From: Podarcis bocagei
Lineage: Eukaryota
Assembly: GCA_964188305.1 (NCBI GenBank)
Contig: OZ076886.1
DNA length: 64,000 bases
Strand: one strand, 5' to 3'
Below the pieces are notes generated by a model. That model saw only the letters and a program-made list of their open reading frames with translations, made no database searches and was not told the origin of the DNA. The position numbers and the translations under genes are program-made. Shown here in pieces: positions 38,501-47,500 of the stretch (its first letter is position 1; every line of letters starts with the position of its first letter).

Positions 38501-41500
38501 CCCAGCTAGAGAGGTGATGCGGGGCTGTAGAGGCTCCTGCCATAGCCGCGCGTCACTTCTCCAGCCGGGAGAGGGTTGCGGGGCTATGGCATCTTCGCTC
38601 CATAGGATGCACACACAAGTGCGTCCTATAGAGCGAAAAATACGGTAATTCCAGATGGCTAGTAGTTGTGCATCAGCTCATGCAGGTGCAGTAGCTGGAT
38701 AACACTTGCCCTGAGTCTCAATCCCAGAGTCCCTTGCTGTAATGTATCGTGTCCCTCTTCTCTCCCTTACTGGTGCCTTCTTGTTGCACTGTAGGTTAAA
38801 GATTGCTCTAGCCAAGAAGACAGGACGCCCCGAGTCAGAAATCACAGGCTTGGAGGAAGGGCGGTGGCGGCGGAGCTCACGCATCAATGAAGAGAATGAG
38901 GACATGGAAATGGAGGAGGAGAGAAGCAGAGCATGCAGGACACGGAAAGACAATGAGGTAGGTGAAGGAGTGAGCGAGTAAACTGAGAAGGGCGTATGCA
39001 GTGTCCCTGAATATCTGTTCTAATAGCAAAGTGCAGGTCTGGAGGGAGCAGTGTTGGTCATATGGCATGAGATGCAGGACAGTTTGAGCAATAACCTCTA
39101 TAGGACCAACTAATTTTATTTTATTTCATAAAATTTATATACCGCTTGATTGTAAAAAAACCCCTCAAAGCGGTTCGCAAAAAGATAAAACAATAAAATC
39201 AAGAGAAATTCACAACCATCCTTGAAAACATATAAAAGTTAATATTTTAGAACAGATTTAAATTACCTCTGCTTTCTAATAACTTCAAAGTAGTGTGACC
39301 CTTGGTAAAAATCATGTTTGGCCATGGACGTTGAGGCAGATCTAAGCTTGTCAAAACGACCAGCTTTTTTAGCAAGATGCAAGAGTCTTAGGAAGTGAGT
39401 CTACATTCTCTGTGTTGCCTCCTGTAGAATAAGAGGGGCACCCCCCCCCCCCCGGTCTCTTAGTGGATTTTGCAACTTCATAAGTTGCAGCAGCTGGATC
39501 CTCCCCTCCGCTCATCACTTCCCACTTTCTTCTTTCTAGATCTTTATTAATGTATCCAAAGCATAGCAATTCAGTCTAGATTTGCTGGGAAACATGAGGG
39601 TTTGGCTCTAAGTTATCTTCTTTCTTTCCCAGCATGACACTCCGGTTTCCAGTGTGCCTGAGCTGGAGAGACAAATTGAAAAGCTTTCCAAGGTAAATGC
39701 TTGTATTTGAAAAGATAAGCAAGTACGGAATGGAAGGAGCTGTAGTAGCAGCTAGACTTAAAAGGGTATATTGGGGATTGTCAATAGAATAATCAGGGAG
39801 GTGTGTTACTCTTTGCTATGGTAACCAGAGCTTTGCACAGACACTTTATAACACGCGGTGCTCTTACTGGTCTCCTCCTTGCTCCAGCGCCAGATGTTCT
39901 TCCGCAAGAAGTTGCTCCATGCTTCACAGCTGCTACGGGCTTCATCCCTGGGACAGGATCGATATCGACGTCGGTATTGGGTGCTGCCTCACCTAGGTGG
40001 GGTCTTCGTAGAAGGCTGTGAGGTTTCAGCAGGTATGTGGAGCCTAGGGTGTACAAAACCTAAACCACTTGGGACCGTGATAGTTGAGGAACTCCTATTC
40101 CTATATTGTCCTGACTGAACATTTAAGTTCTCCTGCAGGGAGGGGCTCCTTGGGAGCTATACATTATGTGGGGATGTTGGAGAGAGCCTTGGAATTCTCT
40201 CCCTTCCCCCAGAGGCCCAGGAGGCACCAATGGCGGCTTCTTTTCAGCGCTCAATAACAACCTGACTCTTCATGCAGGCATTTGGAATGTACTGGTGGCA
40301 TTACTGAGTTGGGGGTCTGCCTATTAGTTTATTTTACAGTTTATTGATTTGCGATTTTATAGTTCCTGTTTTATCGTACAAATTGTGGTTTTTGTTAATA
40401 TGTGCCTCGTCCTAATATTTAATTTATTTTTATTTATCGGTTTGCTTCCTCTGACGAGGAAGAACACATGTTTCTTGTGGTGTTCCTTGTTTTTGTGGGG
40501 TGGCTCCCTCCTCAGAACTTGGGGCCACGAGGATTGTTGCAGCTGGCAAAATAGATCAGAATTAATGGGCTAATTAGAAAGAGCCGTGGGACAGCTCAGA
40601 ATTTGGGGCAAGAAGTGGGAAGTGGAGCCAGGAGGGTTGTGTGTCTGTTTTTAAATCTGTGGGCCACATTTCACTTTTTAAAATTGAAATGCCAATTTGA
40701 CTGAAGTTTGCTGAGGGTGCAGAGGCAGCATGTGAGATATATGGATGGGTGGAGTAATTTAATAGGGCATTATATCTGCGAACCAAATCGCACTTTAGAC
40801 TTCAGCTGTATATAACATTTGGCCAATGACTCCTTTGTTGAAAAGCTGGTGCTTGATCTTTCGTGCGCTGGCGGCTTTTTCTCTTACTGTTCTACCCGCT
40901 CAAGAAAGCTGCACCCACATCCACAAATGGGAATTGGGGTTGCTTGTGCGTAAACCGCAAACTGCTCCAAGCTGGTTATATAGCTAAACCTTTCCCTGGC
41001 TGGACAGCCCTTACAACGCGACTGTCTCAGTCCCTGGCAGAATCCGTCAGTGGGCGTTTCCTAAATTTCTTCCAACATAAAAGTTCCTTGACTCCAAGTC
41101 TCCTAGATTCTCTGCGCGGAAGCCTTCTGCGCAGCGTAGGCGTACCAAGCGGAGGTCCTGTGCTCTCTCCGCTGATCTCACTGGAAGAGTCTCGGAGCCT
41201 TCCCTCCGCAGTGCTCTCAGCCTCCCCTTTCTTCCTGGTGTTACCTTGATTTCCTTCCCCAGCGGAAGCTCTCTCTCTCTCCTTGCTTGTTCCCTCCCCT
41301 CCATCATTAGGGAACCTTACCTCTCCTCTTGGCTCTGATGGCAGTTCCCTGACAGATTTGAATCAGTGTTTATCTTGCAGTCAGGGGGTGGAGGCAGGGA
41401 AGATACTTTCCAAAAGAAAAAAGATCTGCTGTACCTGTGCTTGCCTCCTTCACTCCATACAGAGATGAGGAAGCGGTGGCCCTTTAGGTGACGTTGGACC

Positions 41501-44500
41501 CTCCCAACTCCCATCATCTCTAACCATCAGCCCTGCTGCTTGGAGCTGATGGAAGAGCATCTGGAGGGCCACAGGTCCTCCCCGCACCCACCCCTGACAT
41601 TGTATTTTTGAGATAAGTTTTTAGCACCATCTTGTGGCGAAACCTAGGGAGATATCATTTTTGTTGCCTCCCAAGCAGCTTCCCCTGAGACACCCAAGAA
41701 CGTGCCAGAGAAGGAAGAGGCCCTGAAGGAGGAAGAACCGGAGGCATTGCCCATCAAACAAGAGACCACTGAGACCCCACCGGTTACTGATTACGTAAAC
41801 GGCACAACTTCTTGGTCATGGAGCCGGCCGTGGAGGGACAATATGCTGCTGCCTGAGTCGTCGGAGCCCAAGTTGCCAGAGCCCGCCCCCATGTCTGTCA
41901 ATGGATTTTTGGAGGATTGTGTGCCCATGGGCCAATCCCAGCATGACCTCAGCCAGTCGGCCTTCCTGTCCTGGCTCAGCCAGACACAGCAGGCATCCTC
42001 GCTGCTCAACAGTTCTGTGCTTACCCCAGACAGCAGCCCTGGCAAAGGGGACCCCTTACCCCCAGATGAGCTGCCAGACTCTGCCGCAGAGGATGAAAGT
42101 GCCACAGAAACACAGGTTGCCTGGTTCAATCTGCTGCCCCGGGCACCCTGTAATGACTCTCCAATTACTACCTCCGTTGAACAACCCTCTATAAAAGCTG
42201 CCCCCCATACCTGCAAGCCCCCGACCAGGGACCAGTCAAAGGCCTCGACCCGGCAGGTGAGTGTTATCTAGAGACCTTTCATTACCAGGAAATGCAAGCT
42301 CCAATTCTGATCTTGCCTGGGTCAGTGGAGGAGCAAGGGACATGGTGCCTGCATTAATACAAGGAATTGAATGCAGGGCCTTTACCTGAATCCTGGGGAC
42401 AGTTCCCTGTGAGTGGTCTGTTTCCATGTAACAACTAGAGCATGGGGTTGGTGGTGGTAATGCTATTTCTGAATTGCTCTGCATTTCTTATCTGTTCAAG
42501 GTAGGAACTATCAGACAGGAAGCGGTCTGGAAACTACTGTTCATAGAGAATCGGACAAAAAGTAATAGATTAGAATTCAAGAGGTAGATTTAGAGTTGTC
42601 ATCAAGAAGGATTTCCTAACCGTGAAAAGTCATTTAGAATGAGCTTTCTCGTTGAGTGGGTAGATGTCTTCCTGCGAAGCTTTCAAGGCAAAAGTGGAAG
42701 TGGCTTTAGGTTATAAGATTGTCCTGCCTCGGGACACAACTTGGTATAGATAAAGTATAACATCCTTTGTTGATCTCATTGTCCTCTATCTAGTTATCCT
42801 CTTACCCTGCTAATATACACCATTCCCTGGTGCCTTCCACTCATATATAATAGCTAGCAATAAGACAACAAATGACTTCAGATAAGGTAGTAGCTGATTT
42901 ATTTCAAGCCCACATAGTAACCTGTAAGTGTTGGCATGATTGAAAAAACAGCCAGGCAGCTCCTTGAGCAGATGGCAACTCCACTAGAAGCGTGACTTTA
43001 AAGCCCTCTTAGAGCTCATGCCTTGTCTGATGCATCCTGATCTTTCCCTCTCCGCAGCTGAATGGCCTTTCCACCGCCAGCCCAGCATTGCCACAGCTGG
43101 CCTCCACCCCTCTCCATTCCAGCTCCAGGATTCACAGTACTTGCTCCTCAAGAGCCAAGGACGTCCCCGTTAAAGGCCAGGAACCTCTAGGGCAGCCGAG
43201 ACGACGGGGGCGCCCCCCTACAAAACTCTTCAAGCAAATTGAGCAGAAATATTTGACACAGTTGACAGCACAGCCTATACCTCCAGGTGAGGGAAACCTG
43301 CATCTCCTTTTCTTCTGTATACAGTGGTGCCTCGCAGGACGAAAAGAATCCGTTCTGTGATTCTCTTCGTGTAGCGGTTTTTTCGTCTTGCGAAGCAAGC
43401 CCATTGGCGGATTAGCGCTATTAGCGGCTTTTAGCGGCTTATCTGCTGATCGGATCAGCTGATAAGCGGCTTAGCGGCTTAGAAAAAGGGGGGAGGGGAA
43501 AAAACTAGCAGGAACTCGCAAGGCATTGTCGTCTTGCGAAGCAAGCCCATAGGAAATTCGTTTTGCGAAGCACCTTCAAAACGGAAAACTCTTGTCTAGC
43601 GAGTTTTCCGTCTTGCGAGGCATTCGTCTTGCGGGGCACCACTGTAATTTGTACTATGTGCGTACTCTGAAGTTATTGATACCGTGGGTTGGAAAAGGAT
43701 TGTGAGGGAAGATGAAATGGTTTACCATTTGTAAGAAGACGCGACTGAGAATCCGCCATGAGTGACCATAGGTATCTCCTAACCCCTGGAAGCATCACCC
43801 CACAGTGTCTGGAAGACCTTGTAGAAACTGCCAATGCAGTTTCACGTTTTCCCCACGAGGACTAAAAATTCTGTTCTTAAGGACAAGCCCCTCAAGTACT
43901 GCACTAGATATGCTTGTCTTCCACATTACTTAAAGGCTTCCTGAACCTTGAAAGCTGCTGATGTGCAGTTCCCCGTGTGCACGCTGACCTGACACAAGAC
44001 CCAGAGTGCAGACTTTGGGAGCTAACAGGCATGCTGTGCGGAAACGGTGGCTTATTCAGTGGGCCCAGACTCTCAGCTGGTTCACCTCCCCCTCCCCATT
44101 CTCCTCTTCCTTGCAGAGATGCAGAGTGGCTGGTGGTGGCTGCAGGATCCAGAAGAGCTGGAAGCCGTGGTGCAGGTACTGCACCCACGAGGGATCCGCG
44201 AGAAAGCCCTGCACAAGCACCTTATCAAGCACAAGGAGTACCTACGGGAGGTGTGTGCCCGAGCTGCCAATGGTAAGAGCTTCTCATCGTATGGCTGGAG
44301 TGAGGCAGGGAGCCACGTTACCACATCCCTAACTTCTCTAATGGACTCTTCTGGTCTTCCCACCTAGATCCCATCTTCCAGACCCATCCTGAGGATTCTG
44401 CCCACCCTGTCTCTCAGGAAACCTTGGCCCAGTGGTCGATGGCTGAGCGGGCCTTTGAGGCAGACCTGTCTGTTCTGCAGTGGGTGGAGGAGCTGGAGCA

Positions 44501-47500
44501 GCGGGTACTCATGGCTGATCTACAGATCCGAGTAGGTACCATGATCCAGGGTAGGCTGAGTCCCTCCTGATAACTCTTCTTATTTTTGTGGGTGGGGTGG
44601 GGGATGACCTCACGTTGTACAGATCACCCTGGGGGGTGCCTGCTAATCTCTAGATCTGCCGTAACAATTTAAAACATACATTCAGATCTTTCCTTGTTTC
44701 TGGAGTTGGAAAACTGAGGAGAGAAATGACCCAGGTCAACTTAAAATCCTACCTTGGCATTTCCATTCTTGCATGTGGGCATTACTCCCCAGCTGGCACC
44801 TTTGCAGCTACACTGCCCTGCAGAAAGCTAATCAATTTGAGAGCAAAGACTTCTCTTTTTTTGTTGTGGCACCTATAGAGGTCCATGTACATTGGCAGCA
44901 CCATAAGATGATTCAAGCTTCTTCGTTTTGATGGGCTATCTTAAGACTGTGAGTGTTCTGGTACATGGGGGCTCCTTTGCACATTTGTGCCAGAGGCACC
45001 ATCATTATTTGGTGCAAATATTTTTCATTGGCAACAGGAGTAGCACAACCTTGAAAACTGTACCTGCAGGAACTGGTTTCGGTTGGTACATGGAAAGAAG
45101 ATTCACAAATGCATCTGGGGTTCCCAGAGTGTGTCACAACCCCCTCTTCTTCCTGCCAGGCCCTGATCTCACGTTTTTGCTTTCCACCTCCCCCCCCCCA
45201 GGGCTGGACAAGTCCAGAACCTGATTCTGTTCGGAACGACTTGCAGTACTGTGAGCATCAGCTGGAGCTTCTGGAAGACATCACCATAAAAAACCGGCGT
45301 GAAGGACCAGCTATGAAGCGTGAAACCACCAACCCTTTAGACCTAGCTGTGCTTCGCCTGACAGAGCTAGAGCAAAACTTGGAGCGGAGATACCTCAGAG
45401 AGCCCCTCTGGCCTCCTCACGAGGTGGTGGTAGAAAAAGCTTTGCTGAGTAACCCCAGTAACCTTGAGCTGGGTACCACAGAAATGTAGGTGTATTCTTT
45501 TACTGTTGACTGAATTGCCAGGGCCTTACTCCTAACTCTGAAAATCAGGGTCGTCTCACTATTTATAAAAAGCTTTTTTTATACCTTTCCTTTTAACCCA
45601 GGGACTCCTAAATCAGTTTACATTAAAGTAAAATTGTAAAACCCACAGGAACTAACATTTTAAAAACCTCTTGTGGAAATGGGAGAATATGGACTTTGTT
45701 GGGGCAGGAGTCTTGATAAATTCCAGGTCTGATTGCATTGAGAAGATACTAAGATGAAAGGGAAAAAGCTGCTGCTGTTGCTTGTTTTGACATGAGGCTT
45801 TTTAGGCAATAGAAAGTGGTAAATGTATGCATTGCAGCAAAAGTGAGAAATCTGGTGAATGTTGACATTTACCAGTAAGTCTTACGGCTTTACAAGGCCC
45901 AGCAGGAAATGTCAGAAATCTTATTGGCAAGAATCTGTTTCTCTCAGGCCTGAGGTATGATAAATATCCTTTTTGCTGCATATGATGGAAATGAGAATGA
46001 TTTGAACTTAAGGCTACTGTTAGATTTCCTTTTGGGCCTACTTAAGTCTTTGAGGCTTAACAATAAATGTCAAAGTTCACCAGATTTCTAATGTTTACGC
46101 AGCATGCTTATGAGCTAGGCGACGATGGACGTTAATGAGAGCTAAATATAACAGGGATGTAGATGGTTTAGAGCAGTAAGACTCTGAGCCAGAAGTTATA
46201 GATTCCCCTGACGATTCCATCCTGGAGCTTCAGATGACGCGCCAAAGGCCTGCCATCTCTCACAGTATGTTTCCATTTGGAATGGCCCCAAGAGACTCCC
46301 AAGTGAAGAATTTCCTTTGCTGGGCAGGATTGACTTCCCCCCATCTTAATGGATTGCTCTTTTTTTCTTCTGCAGTTCATACGAGATCACGCCGCGGATG
46401 CGAACGTGGCGCCAGACCTTGGAGAGATGCCATAGTGCAGCCCAAGTTTCTCTGTGCATCTACCAGCTGGAACGTTCTGTTGCCTGGGAGAAGTCCGTTG
46501 TCAGAGCGGTGAGGAAGGAGCACTGGGTTGGGGGTAGGAAATAGAAGGAAGCGTAAATGAAGAAATCAAAGTGAACATAGGTAACTGGTGAAATCCCTGG
46601 TGCAGAGAAGAGAGTTGATCCTCCTTGCGTGGCCTTTAGAGGCCCATGTGTGCTGAAGCCTGTACTAGGAGGAGATGAAGCAGCTGTGGGATCTGCAGAA
46701 AGATCTCTCTGTTCCAAAGGGGTTGGCTAGAGCAGAGCCGTGGCTTGGATGAATCTAGCTGGGAAGGAGCTCAATTTGGGGAACAAGGGAAAAGGGAGAG
46801 CTCTCGGAGCTCAACTTTGGCCTTGGACCTCTGAATGTGGTGCTGGTCCTCACCCCTCCTTGTTCTCCCTGCCCTTCAGACTTGCCTAGTGTGCCGGAAA
46901 GGGGATGATGATGAGAACCTGCTGCTATGCGATAGCTGCGATCGTGGCTGCCACCTCTACTGCCACCGGCCCAAGATGACCGAGGTGCCGGCCGGTGACT
47001 GGTTCTGCTCCCTCTGCATCGCTCAGGTGCTGGCTCCATGTGGGCTAGAATCTGTCCCATCCCAAACTCTTTGATACTTCCTCCTTGACTGGCAGGGCTT
47101 CCTTTGCTCCACAATTTGTACTGAGATGCATTCCAAGGGAGGGAGTGTTGAATGTTGGAGCGTGTGGGGAGTGTGCAACAGTGTGGGACCGTGCCGTATC
47201 CCTAGCAGATAGCTCTAGGCTTTTTGTGCTGCCTTTGGAAAACCCTTCCCTGAAGTGGGATTCCTAAATTCACCAGTTTATGGTTCTTTACTTACCTCTC
47301 TCACACACACACATCCCTGTCGCCCCTCCAATTTCTCTATGGTACAGATGCAAAGAGAATACCAGGATGACTATGGCTCTCCGCGACGCGGCAAGAAAAG
47401 AAAAGGTGGAAGTTCCGGGGCTTTTTTTGGAAAGGAGGAGCTCAGGCCCCGATCTCGGTCAGCAGCAAACCAGCAGCGCAGTAACCTGGCCAACGTACCG

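Noticed and set aside
38277-38590. Repeat-spacer-like pattern superficially resembling a CRISPR array
   Set aside because: It sits in a vertebrate intron, the spacers are not unique, there are no cas genes, and it lies within MITE TIRs.
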